From: Eledone cirrhosa
Lineage: Eukaryota
DNA length: 64,000 bases
Assembly: GCA_964016885.1 (NCBI GenBank)
Contig: CAXHJY010001105.1
Span: 1-64,000 of the forward strand
Reading direction: 5' to 3'
Notes under the pieces: generated by a model
The model's input: only the letters and a program-made list of their open reading frames with translations
Told to the model about the DNA's origin: nothing
Databases searched by the model: none
Made by a program: the position numbers and the translations under genes
Shown here: one piece after another, positions 1 through 18,350 of the stretch
Position numbering within the stretch: position 1 is the stretch's first letter
How the letters are laid out: each line of letters begins with the position of its first letter

Positions 1-4468
<4,468 letters not shown>

Positions 4469-5077
4469 TGTCAGGTCACCAGTTGGTGCTACTGTTAACA
4501 TGTATCCCAGTACAACCTGTCCCATGATCGGGTAGTTGGCGACTAAACTGGCAACCCCACCAAGGTTTCTTGGTGAGGAGGGTGACTTTGGACATCCTGC
4601 AGGACTAAAAACAAAACCTGACAAAGGGCAAAGGAGCTCGTAAGAGTCAATGGCCATCCAAAATCACCGGGAGAGATGACCCCTTAGCCTTTGTCAAGGC
4701 AGAATTCTAGGAGAAGGAAAACTCTGATATAACACCTGCAACCCTGATGGTATCCAATGTTGTTGACTTGTTCTTCTTTTTGGTAAATATCATCTTGGTT
4801 AAGAGAGTGGGGCTGGCTTTGTGCAGTGCCTTTGCTCACTATAAAAGCTTCACGGCACAGGCATTGCTTTATATCTGGAGATCTCTCTGCACTTGTCGTC
4901 ACATGGTATCATGGGCCCAGCATTATGTGTCAATAATTGTCACAAGTGTAGTGTTTGTACCAGAGTTTTCAAGTCGGTGGCTGGACTAAAAAGTCACACT
5001 CTTTCAGCGCATCGGTGGGGGTTCTCCTACATGGATATAAAGTAGTGGCCGTACTCGAAAACGAGTTGGCAGCCACC
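4469..5077 (+). mobile_element. Probable 5' UTR fragment of an RTE-clade LINE lying between two TA tracts
   Basis: Higher-GC island with no credible ORF. It contains 'ctaggagaaggaaaactctgat', which I recall as resembling RTE 5' UTRs; not searched. Confidence 0.3.
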
Positions 5078-6592
<1,515 letters not shown>

Positions 6593-6594
6593 TC

Positions 6595-6649
6595 TGTTAG
6601 AACACGAAAAGTGTGAAACAACAGAATGTTCACTTTTCGTGTTCTAACA
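6595..6649. other. Perfect 19-bp-stem hairpin (second copy at 57268-57322)
   Basis: TGTTAGAACACGAAAAGTG, 17-nt loop, CACTTTTCGTGTTCTAACA. Confidence 0.9.
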
Positions 6650-8004
6650 TATATGCCTAGCTTCTCTAAAAATTTTTCGGGGATAGCCGTGGTGGTGGTG
6701 ATCGTATGTCATTGGCTAATTTTCAACCAATCAGAGTACCTCTCTCTATATCTCTTCCACTGTTACTTACGCCTGTTTCTCTCTATCTGTTCCGTCTCTA
6801 TATATATCTCTTACTCTTTCGCTTTGCACTCCTCCCCTTCAATACCATCTCTCCCCCTCTCTATATATTTGTTACTCTATCGCTGCACGCTCCTCTCCTT
6901 CAATATATCAATTACACACGCTTTACACTCCTTTATCCCCAGCGCCCCTATATATACACCCCCCCCTCTCCCGCATCTATATTTTAATGTACCGTTGCAC
7001 CGTGAATATATGTGTCTATATATATATATATACATATATATTGTATATACACATTCATGTATGTGTATACACACTCATGTATGTATATACACTGGTTTTA
7101 TGTGTGTATTGTAAATTTGTACTGTTAAAACACGAAACTAACATTCGATTGACACTTTGATTACCTGTACAGGCAATAGTTATTAGAATGCTGTTGAAGT
7201 GTGTATATATTTTTGGGGGGACATCCTGTATATACACACATTATATATAATACAATAAACAGATAAATACACACATATATATATGAGCTTATTTAATTAT
7301 AAATATTGTGAATTTTTAACTCAGTTCAATTATATATATAAATGGCTTCTACAGGACTAGAACTGTTTCATTCGAAAGAAATCATCATAATATTGAGAGG
7401 GGGGACTAGATAAAATATTTCAAATCAAATGTGTATAAGTTATAAGTTAAAATGTATAAATAGAGACGATAGTGGAGGTATATCTGTTTAGTGGAACAGT
7501 AGACGATAGAATTAAATACAGACGAGAATCTCCCTTTAATGAAACAGCAGACGATAGAATTAAGGCAATTTAAATTTTAAGCATTTGCATTTTTGCCTTT
7601 CATCGTTACGGGGTCGATAAAATAAAGTACCAGTAATACACTGTCACTAGACGACTTTCAAATTGAATTGTTGGTTCCATTTCTTTAGTATTTTCAATTG
7701 TAGTTATCTACTTAAAAAGCGTTACACGGTTAGAGACATAATTGGTAAGTTATATCTTCCCTATTAAACCATTGCATTATTTCGCCTACAAAAATGAAAT
7801 GTTCTTTAAAGAAACAGGAATATAACTTTATAAAAAAAAAAGTTGCATCCGCTTCTTTTATCATTGATAATTTTTTCGTTTTAATATTAATTGTTTTTTG
7901 TAGTTGTTTATATTAAAAATCTTACTGTAATATTTACTTAAACGAAGGCAGACATCCAAACTTATAGATTAATCTTGAGCGAAGGACTAGATAAATCTCT
8001 CTCC

Positions 8005-8039
<35 letters not shown>

Positions 8040-8539
8040 AACGAAGAATGATAACATTTCAAGCAAAGAGTTTAATTAGGTAATGACTTACAAATTTGTT
8101 TCAGTATATAGACAAAGCCTGAAGCGCTAATTATAATAATTAGTTAATAATATTACAAAATATATTAATATTATATTAAATATATACTGAAACCAATCAG
8201 TTTAGCAGAAAGTTTCCAGCCAAGAAACACGCATATTTTGCTATCCTCAAACACGTTTACACATGGCATGAAATATAACTAATCCGAGATGGCTAGGTTT
8301 CATCTTCTAACTGGATATACGAAATCCATTATGTCTTGACAACAACATGAGGTAACATTATGTTATTCACAGACACACTTTGTACACTGTTCCATATCAG
8401 AATGTATTTCCTTCGTCACATTCACAAACAGTATTGAAAATATGTTCTTCGGCAAATAAAAATGTTTTGTTCATAATATTTCAACTAGCGATTGCTCTAC
8501 TCCACGCACGACCACCATAAATTAATGACCAGCTCAACA

Positions 8540-8710
8540 CAAGTATTGGTAGAGCGTCAGACACCATGCTTTGCAGTATTGTTATGGTCCTTTGCATTCT
8601 AAGTTCAAATCCTGCCGAGGTTAACTTCGACTTTCATACTTACTAATTCGATAAAATAAAGTACCAGTAATGGACTGCCGTAATGGATTTGTGCCGAAAA
8701 ATAGAAACAC
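8540..8710 (+). mobile_element. Decayed Deu/Nin-type tRNA-SINE
   Basis: B-box-like GTTCAAATCC followed by GCCGAGGTTAAC...GATAAAATAAAGTACCAG, shared with 19670-19861. Confidence 0.6.
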
Positions 8711-9265
8711 TATTAATGTGCAATAAGAGCAAAATATAACGACATTGCTCAATTATTTTATCTAATGTTGTAATAACACAAGGAAATGTTGTTTGTGTAT
8801 TTTTTTTTATATTTGCTCATAGGCTTTTACAATTTCGCTCAGCCAACAACTATTAAAAAGTGAGTTGCTTAAGATAACAATTTAATCACAAATTGTTGCT
8901 ATCTTTTAATACACTCCAACAAGTCATCAAATTATGTACAATAAAAACAAATCTTATTAATTTGCTCAGGGAATATAAAGAAAATGTATATACACTGATA
9001 ATTGCAATTGTATGTAAATATTTTGTTTTTGTATTGTATATTTTATGTTTTCTATTATGTATAATATATTGATTTAATATTGATTGTTTTTTGTAGTTGT
9101 TTATATTAAAAGTCTGAAAATATTTTTATACATCTTACACTAATATTTATAAGATAATTTATAATAACAATTACATAATCTAATTACATTACAACGATAA
9201 TTTATTATTAATATATATCCTGTTTAACTAGAGTTATTACAAGCGTTGCCTTAAAAAAATATTAA

Positions 9266-10222
9266 ACTAGACATGAAAAATGCGCAAGCTCAAAAGTGCC
9301 ACAGAATGTTATAATAAACCTTCAAAAGTGTGGGACTAGAGTTGTTGCTAAAAAATATTGTAATCATTATATATCGTACATTCTGTGGCATCCTTTATAA
9401 AAATAGCTTAAACCAACGAAGCCTTTATTTTTACGCTATTTCACTTAGTTAATTCTTAGAGTGTAACATATAAAAATAAATACATCTATGTTTAATGTAA
9501 TAACAGCTATAAATAATTACGTAATATTATTATCATATACTCATAGTAACAAAATAATTGTGTTGAAACTTAATATGATGCTTATATGAACGATCAAATC
9601 TATAATGATAATTTCTTAAATATACTAATAGTAAACTAATTTAGTTATCTATTGTTACATTTTCATAGAACTATAATATTAACAATCGTATTGCATTATC
9701 AAATTTTTATCACTACAAACTTTCATATTGGAATTACCTTAAGCCACTTATTATTACTTCGCTTTCGTACTTTTACAGCTGTAGATATTGCGCTGTATCT
9801 TATATCTAACATCAATATCTCGTGGTAATTTGCATGAAGTGTAAAATAGGTTTATTAATAACTTTAATATGAAATGTATTATACAGGGCTGCGGAGTCGG
9901 CCAAAAATTGACTGGCTCCAACTCAGGATCCGATACTCCATTATTTCCTAAATTTCAGCTCCGCAGCTCTGTTATTATATTAATTAATTTATTTTATAGT
10001 TGTAAATCATATTTTTATATGTTACACTCTAAGAATTAACTAAGTGAAATAGCGTAAAAATAAAGGCTTCGTTGGTTTAAGCTATTTTTATAAAGGATGC
10101 CACAGAATGTACGATATATAATGATTACAATATTTTTTAGCAACAACTCTAGTCCCACACTTTTGAAGGTTTATTATAACATTCTGTGGCACTTTTGAGC
10201 TTGCGCATTTTTCATGTCTAGT
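9266..10222. repeat. ~213-bp inverted repeat (arms 9266-9478 and 10010-10222)
   Basis: The arms are reverse complements (ACTAGACATGAAAAATGCGC... / ...GCGCATTTTTCATGTCTAGT). Repeated at ~59863-60908. Confidence 0.92.
9884..9971. mobile_element. Tiny hAT-like MITE
   Basis: TIRs CAGGGCTGCGGAG / CTCCGCAGCTCTG with an imperfect 8-bp TSD (gtattata / ttattata). Confidence 0.6.
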
Positions 10223-10229
10223 ATATATA

Positions 10230-10302
<73 letters not shown>

Positions 10303-10345
10303 ATATATTAATATATATGTGTGTGTGTGTATATATTAATATATA

Positions 10346-10422
<77 letters not shown>

Positions 10423-10446
10423 ATATATATATATATATTTGTATGT

Positions 10447-10975
10447 GAGTGTCGTCCTAATAAATTAGGTTGGTCCACCACGGAGTGTAGAAAAGTAGAT
10501 AATGTCCGCTCTGTTTACAATAAAAACGATATGTCCAACTGTAAAGTGAAGAAGGGCCAGGAAAGCTAAACCTTCCCATGTTAGAGACTAAATCCTATCT
10601 CTCTGTCCTGTAATATGTTGAACAAGCAATTCACGTAGTTTGTGGTGAAGTGAAATATTTAATCATGTAGATGATGGAACACCTACCGTGAGACATGCAG
10701 CTAAGTCTATGTTGTCCATAAATTAATAATGTTTACCTTAACGTGAGATAATTCCAACACGAAGTATAATTAAACCAATTAAAGTTATAATTAAGGAACG
10801 CGGTGTCGTTGCTGATGATTCCCTCGGCTGAGTGACACCGGTGTCGCACGTTAAAAGTCCCTCACATAATGTCGTGCATTCAGAAACTGTTTCAATCGTA
10901 TACAATCGATATGTGTGTGTGTTTATTAAAATAACAGATTAAAGTTTAAGCAAAGAATCGCTGCTTTCACCCTTA
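10447..10975. repeat. Dispersed non-coding block with inverted copies at ~25310-25746 and 27361-27413 and a diverged copy at ~30085-30190
   Basis: Reverse-complement matches, e.g. GAGTGTCGTCCTAATAAATTAGG and AAAGAATCGCTGCTTTCACCCTT. Confidence 0.8.
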
Positions 10976-11417
10976 ACGGGATCTTCTGTAACTCTACTCT
11001 TTTATCGAGCCCTCTTCGGATTTTAGTCTTCACATTTATTATTATTACTATATATGTATATATTTAGTTATGTAATAAACAACATAAGATAAATATTTCA
11101 TTTACCAGTGGTTTCTTGAAAGCAGATATTTTATATGTTTTCAGTCGCCAGAATGAATAAAAAACGTGGTGTTATTATTAAATATGGATTTGAAAACAAA
11201 AATATTTAAGAAATATGAAAGTGAGGCTGAGAAACAAACGGACAAAAAGAAGGGTAGAAAAATATATATAAATATATATAAAAAAACAATAAATATCCAG
11301 AACGTAAGCAGACACACTAAACCACTCACATATACTTAAAAGGTACGAAGACGTATACTTTAACACATAAACGTATTAGCGTTTACAGACAGGGACATAA
11401 ATACATACACATACATT

Positions 11418-11451
<34 letters not shown>

Positions 11452-11637
11452 AACACACATACACATACATATATATATATATATATAAACACACATACAC
11501 ATACATTTATATGTGCGTGTGTGTAAAAGGTAAACAAACAGAAATAACAACACAAGACAGTCGATCGACTTTCGTCAAATTGGACCGAGGAAACAATGTT
11601 TCCATTGGTCTTTCCATTTGCTAATACTAAACGATGA

Positions 11638-12205
11638 TCAGCTGTAGAAATGAGATAATAGGACCGGGGTCCCTATCATTCCACTGTAAACTGGTCGTGG
11701 AGGTGCCACAGCAAAAATAAAAAAAAAAGCACCCAGCTCACACTGTAAAGTGGAAATGTAGGTGCCGTGGCAAAAAAGCACCCAGCCCTCACTGCAAAGT
11801 GGTCGTGGAGGTGCCACGGCAAAAAAGCACCCAGTCCACACTGTAAAGTGGTCGTGGAGGTGCCACGGCAAAAAAGCACCCAGCACTCACTGTAGAGTGG
11901 TCGTGGAGGTGCCACGGCAAAAAAGGACCCAGCCCACACTGTAAAGTGGACGTGGAGGTGCCACGGCAAAAAGGCACCCAGCCCACACTGTAAAGTGGAC
12001 GTGGAGGGGCCACAGCAAAAAAGCACCCAGCACACACTGTAAATGAGGTTGGTGTTAGGAAGGGCATCCAGCTGTAGAAATCAAGCCAGAATCAGTTCCC
12101 GTATGAGCAAGACAAGGTCAGCCGACCGGACACTGCCCACAACAGGACAACCCGTCTAACCCATGCTAGCGTGGAAGAACGGATGTAAAACAGTGATGAT
12201 GATGA
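11638..12205 (+). mobile_element. 5'-truncated CORE-type SINE with ~7 tandem copies of an internal 49-bp unit
   Basis: Matches the SINE body at 52452-52783 and has a (GAT)n tail. Confidence 0.85.
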
Positions 12206-12404
12206 TATAGATATCTATATCATCCCCACCATCATATAAACGATGATGATGATATATATATATATAGTTTCTGGCTGGTTTTCTACTGCTGGATGCCCTT
12301 CCTAATGTCAACTACATTTACAGTGTGTACTGGGTGCTTTTTGTTGTGTCACCTACACGACCACTTTAGAGGGGGGGTGTATATTGGATTAAGAGGTGCC
12401 TACT

Positions 12405-12690
12405 GAGTGTATGTTTAAGGGAAGGTTGGTCTTCTGTATTACTGCATAGCACCAAACATCTCGATTCTCTGTCATTGTCTTAAATACATTTAAGTGTTCA
12501 AGGTCAGCTTTTATCACCTCATCCCAGGTTTTTCTGGGTCTACCGACACCGTAGCTTTTTTATACTTTTTTATACAGCTATCGTCCTTCATACACATCAC
12601 GTGGCCATACCAACGTAGTCTCCTCTTGAGTAAACAGCATCTGATCCCTCTTATTCCTAATTTCTCACTTAGTTCATTTATGCTTTGCAG
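12405..12690 (-). mobile_element. RTE LINE 3' fragment
   Basis: Minus strand encodes RRLRWYGHVM-like C-terminal RTE motifs, as at 29335-29778. Confidence 0.65.
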
Positions 12691-13676
12691 TAGGCTTTAC
12701 CTCACATAATACCTCACATAACATTTACATTACTCTATATATACTATTGTATTTTCACAGTAAAGGCTTTACCTCACATAACATTTACATTACTCTATAT
12801 ATACTATTGTATTTTCACAGTAAAGGCTTTACCTCACATAATACCTCACATAACATTTACATTATATATATACTATTGTATTTTCACAGTAAAGGCTTTA
12901 CCTCACATAACATTTACATTACTCTATATATACTATTGTATTGTCACAGTAAAGGCTTTACCTCACATAATATCTCACATAACATTTACATTACTCTATA
13001 TATACTATTGTATTGTCACAGTAAAGGCTTTACCTCACATAATATCTCACATAACATTTACATTACTCTATATATACTATTGTATTGTCACAGTAAAGGC
13101 TTTACCTCACATAATATCTCACATAACATTTACATTACTCTATATATACTATTGTATTGTCACACTAAAGGCTTTACCTCACATAATATCTCACATAACA
13201 TTTACATTACTCTATATATACTATTGTATTGTCACAGTAAAGGCTTTACCTCACATAATATCTCACATAACATTTACATTACTCTATATATACTATTGTA
13301 TTTTCACAGTAAAGGCTTTACCTCACATAATACTTCACATAACATTTACATTACTCTATATATACTATTGTATTTTCACAGTAAAGGCTTTACCTCACAT
13401 AATACTTCACATAACATTTACATTACTCTATATATACCATTGCATTTTCACAGTAAAGGCTTTACCTCACATAATATCTCACATAACATCTCGTATACGA
13501 GAGACGTGTGTTGACGTGTGTGAACAAGCTCGGCTACCGAGTCGGATTTACTTACTCAAAAGTGAGTTTTGATTAATTTTTTTATACTGTAATATACGTT
13601 AACCCCTTGCCTTGGTCGTCAAACTTTGAGTTTATTTATTTTCCAGTTAAAAACTTATTACGGCAAACTAATAGAA

Positions 13677-15435
13677 ATGGATGGAATTTTCACATCTCAT
13701 CCTAACGTGAAAGCCACGCCCCCTAAGAAAGGTGATACAGAGAAGCTAGAAGCACAAGGCTCTAAGTCTTCCCTCCTCACTTCTGCAAAAGAAACATGGA
13801 ACACGGAATTAAAAGAAAAATTTGTAAAAATGGGTGAAAACCCAGAAGGTCACATAAACGCAGACAAAAACAACAACGACAATAACAGCAATAGTCACAA
13901 CACCAACCAAGGAAAAAATAACGATAACACCAAACAAAGCGAACCCACTACTGGTGCCTCCTTTGCACAGGCGGTCCGGAAAATACAAACCTGCAAGCAA
14001 CTGGACATTACAACTCTGAGAGAAAAGATGAAGGAAGCGAAACAGTATGTAACTTTCAAAGAAGGAGGAGACTTCACAATCACCTCCCCACAAGAAATCA
14101 AAAGAGACACGACGCTAAGAACGATATCTTTCAGAACAATTTCCAACATAACAAGGAAACCAGCTCAATTATCCCAAAAAGAGATTGAGCTGGTCCTAAA
14201 AATGTGTGGAGTGATATATCGTTCATACAAAAAGGGCCACTCTATGGGAATATAACGGTTCTAATGAAGGATCAATTGACGGACAGGAAATACTCTGTGG
14301 TGCCAATTGTTTCCAAGCTACATACATTTTCCCCCACATATTTAGGGAAAAGAACGCAGAAAATAAGGGTCTCCAGAATCCGGCCAAATGCATGCATTTC
14401 CTGGGTACTAACAGGATTTTTAGAAGACGAGGACGGAATCCTCTCAGTAGGAGAAGTCACCACAGACGTTTTCGGCGGTTTGAGCGTGGAGGTTCTGGTC
14501 CAAATGAGACCAGAACGAATAGCTAGAATACCACAGAGGGTGTCCCTCGATGGAGAAACATTTATATACATTTCAGCCGAGGGTAGGAGGCCCATATGTT
14601 ACTACTGTTCAAGCAGGGGTCATCTAAGGGCTGCTTGTCCTCAATTGACAAAAAAAAAGGCTCTTTTGCCTACACCCACACACTACCACCACCACCACCA
14701 CCACCACCACCATCTCCACCACCACCACCTCCACCACCACCACCACCACAACAACAACAAAAACAACACGGAAAAATAACACATGACACGGCCCCACCCA
14801 AAACAACTCCCAAAACACACACAAGTACAACAAAACCCCAAAATACACCACTACCCGACAGCACGGACGAGGACCCAGCTGAAACGGCACCTAGTGACGA
14901 AGAGGGGGAACCCTTCCAACCTGTAAAAAGGAAAAAAAGAAAGCACCACTCGAACATAAACGAAACAAACACACAACCACCAACAAAAACAAAACAAACA
15001 GAACAAACAAAATCCGCCCCACCCCAAAACATAACACATACAACAAAACGTAAGCACACACAAGAACAACAAACAAACACAACACAAATAAAACAGTATA
15101 CATACATTAACACAAATAACAAAGAACTAGTAAAAACAATACACAAAGACCCTTCGGTGGAAACTGAAGGGCAATTCTTTGCAAGCGTGGCCAACAAACC
15201 GCATTTAAAAAGGATAAGACTCCCAATGGACACCTATGCAAAACTAAGAGAGAACTTTCCTGAGGACGTGGGGAAAACATGTACTCGACCCTATAACCGC
15301 GTCCTCTTGAAACGTTTCCCCACCCACACCTCACCAAACACCCCCACTCCACCACAGAACAACACCCCACCAAACAACCCCTCCAATACGCCCATGGATA
15401 TTGTACAACCTGCTCCTCAGGAGCCGAACAGGTAG
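13677..15435 (+). pseudogene. Tx1 ORF1 (gag-like, zinc knuckle, poly-Pro), frameshifted
   Basis: Split over ORFs 13626, 14204 and 14596 by indels. Confidence 0.8.
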
Positions 15436-15456
15436 GTCCTTCCTCTTTTAACCAAC

Positions 15457-18350
15457 ATGGCTGATATAAGAGTTGGGTGTCTGAATGTACGCGGCCTGGG
15501 ACTGTCTTGGAAACAAGGCAAACTTTTAAACGATCTCAGGTCGCATAGAATGGATGTAATGGCTATTTGCGAGTCCAGGATCAGCAGCGAGCACCAACTG
15601 GCGCCCCTCTTCGACAACTTTGAGATCTTCGCATCTCTCTGTCAACCGGGGGGTGGGGGTGGAGTTGTCGTTCTGCTGCAAAAACACCTGGGCCTCGCCA
15701 TACAGAAGGTGCACCTGGACCCGGAGGGTCGACTGGTGGTTTTAGACGTCGGCAGTAGTGAAAGTGGAGCCCTTAGACTAATAGCTGTGTACGCCCCTTT
15801 TTGGGCAGCGCGGCCGGAATACTTCCAACGTCTGGAAACTTTTCTGGGAACGTCCCGCTCCTTGCTTTTAGTGGGGGACTGGAATGGTATCCTGGATGCA
15901 CGTTGGGACTATGTAGGGGAATGGCCTTAGACCAGTTCTTTGAGGTGAAGCATGAAGGCTGCGTTGTCAGGAGTAAAATACATGCTCTGGGTAATGAGGG
16001 AGCCAAAGCTGTGAGCTGGGCCCGAGTGACAGAGGCAAAAAGTGGGAACAAGTCCACGATTCGGTCTTTGAAGGACCAGGATGGGCGTGTGATCCTTGAA
16101 CCTGGGCAGATGTGTGCGGCCTTTCAGCGGGATTTTGCACGACTGTTCGAGAGGGGCGGCGCGCCGGGTGAGACTATGGATTTCAATCCATACCTCGACG
16201 GTCTGCCGCGCCTCTCGGACGCGGAGGCGAAGTCCTGCGAAAGGACGATTTCAGCTGCTGAGATAGGGGCGGCGCTGAGCCAATGCGGCAAACGCAAATC
16301 CCCGGGTCTCGATGGTCTACCATACGAGCTATATGTAGCGATGCCGGACTTGTTCTCCGATATCCTCGAAGCGGTCTACTGCAACTGGCAGCAGAACGGG
16401 AGAATTCCCAGTTCTGTGACCAAGGGCGTAGTTATGCTGGTGAGGAAGGATGAGAACAAGGGGGATGACATAAGTAACTTCAGGCCCATAACTCTGCTAA
16501 ATACAGAGTTAAAGATTTTGGCCAAGGTGTTAGCGAAGAGGTTGGCGCTTGTCGTTGGAAACCTGGTGGGAGAAGCGCAGACATGCGCAATCCCGTCCAG
16601 GTCAATTCACGACAATCTCCACCTTATGCGATACATCATAGAGAGGGTAGGGAATGAACCCGGCTTTGGTGGGGCCCTGATCAACTTGGATCAATCTAAA
16701 GCTTTCGATAGGGTTGACCATCGTTACCTGGATGCAGTGCTCACGGCGGCAGGCTTCGGACCCGTTTTCAGGGGTTGGATTGCTGCGATGCACAGCAACA
16801 ACGTCTGCTCAAGGGTCAAGGTGAACGGCCACCTCTCGGAGCCGTTCCAAATCATGCGAGCCATCCGACAGGGATGCCCTCTCTCCTCCCTTCTGTATGT
16901 GCTGGCTCTTGAGCCACTACTGCGGAAGTTGGAGCGGTTGCAGGGCATCCCTTTGGAACCAGGATTGCAGAAAGCGGCGTCGGCCTACGCCGATGACGTG
17001 ACAGTAATGGTGTCGAAAACCTCGCAAATCGGTGAGATCGGCACCTTACTGGAGGAATATGAAAGGTTTACAGGAGCCAAGCTGAACCGGGACAAGTCCG
17101 TCGGTTTGCAACTCGGAACATGGAGAGGCAAACCGATGCCCTCCAACGACGTCGTCGGACGCTGGACGGAAGGCCCGGTGAAGCTGCTTGGGGTCTGGTT
17201 CGGACCAGACCTCCAGGTGGAGAAAAACTGGAACGAGGTAACGGCCAGGGTGTTTGCACTCACCCAGAAGTGGGCCCAGTGCAAACTATCCCTGAAAGGT
17301 CGAGCGGAGGTGGCGAATACTTATATAGCATCCGTCATCTACTACCGCTTGACCGTCATGCCTTGCCCAGTGAAAAGACTCGCCAAAATGGAGTGCGCGC
17401 TGTTCCAATTTCTTTGGAACAAGCGGACCCCTTTGGTGAGGAGATCCATCTGCTGTCAACACCCTTCGAAAGGAGGGCTGGGGATGCCGTGGCTACAGAT
17501 GCGTAAACACGCATTAAGGCTACGGCACCTCCAGGTATTCCTCACCGGTCAACCGGTGTGGGCCCCGTTTCTGAGGCGAGCCTTTCCCAGACTCGTCTCG
17601 CTCACCGAGCTGCAATCCTGGGTCAAGCAAAGACCGAGAAAAGTGGGCGACTGGCACATTGAATGTGCCCAGGTGCTAACGGCCCTCTGGAAAGCAGACC
17701 CGGCAATCAGTGGAGACTCCACGTCGACATTCTATAGAGGGTTGGTACGCAGCAGGTGCGACGATGCTCTCGGAGAAGCTCTAGGCATGGAGGAAGATGA
17801 ACTGGCCAGTCTGTTTGGTAGGACGTTTGGCCCTGGACCGATGGACAACTTCCAAAAGTCCCTGGCTTGGCAGTGCTACCGAGGGGCTCTACCCGTTCAA
17901 GACAAGCTCCACTGGCATGGGAGCCTGGGTAGAGATCCTTTGAATAAGATCTGTCCGAGATGCGTGCATGATGGCGAAACCGTTGCGCACGCATTCGTAC
18001 ACTGCCCAGGCATTGCTGACCTGTGGGGCTATGTGGAACGACTACTGTCGAGGGTGGGACCAATCCGGTTGACCACCGAGTCCATTGTCACGATCAAACC
18101 GCCTCCCCCTTTCAAAAACGAAGGAGAGGCGGTTTTTCTCTGTGTGATAGCCATGGCTAAAGAAGTTGTATGGTGGACGAGGCTGAAAGGGCTGAGGTCA
18201 GACACCTTTCTCTCCGGCCAACAACTGGTCCCCTTTTTCAAATACCATTTTAAAAGAAGGATCAGAATGGAGAGAGGGGTTATATTTTTGTACTCGTTAA
18301 TTATATGTAAACTTCCCCCCTTGTATCTGTCCCTACCTTTTGTGCCCTAG
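15457..18350 (+). pseudogene. Tx1 ORF2 (APE endonuclease + RT), disrupted
   Basis: Relative to copy 2, ~526 bp are deleted at ~15920 (frameshift) and ~240 bp at ~18278 (loses C-terminus and part of 3' UTR). Confidence 0.9.

Larger units (their letters stand above)
6593..10221 (+). mobile_element. 3.6-kb non-coding repeated element, copy 1 (Helitron-like A|TC...CTAG|T ends)
   Basis: Near-identical to 57266-60907. Both copies are flanked by TA/TG microsatellite, begin TC and end CTAG, and have no clear ORF. Confidence 0.55.

Noticed and set aside
8170-8480. Minus-strand fragments faintly resembling a TIR domain (YKVCL, EDSKICVF, NFL..DW)
   Set aside because: Needs several stops and frameshifts; too weak without a profile search.
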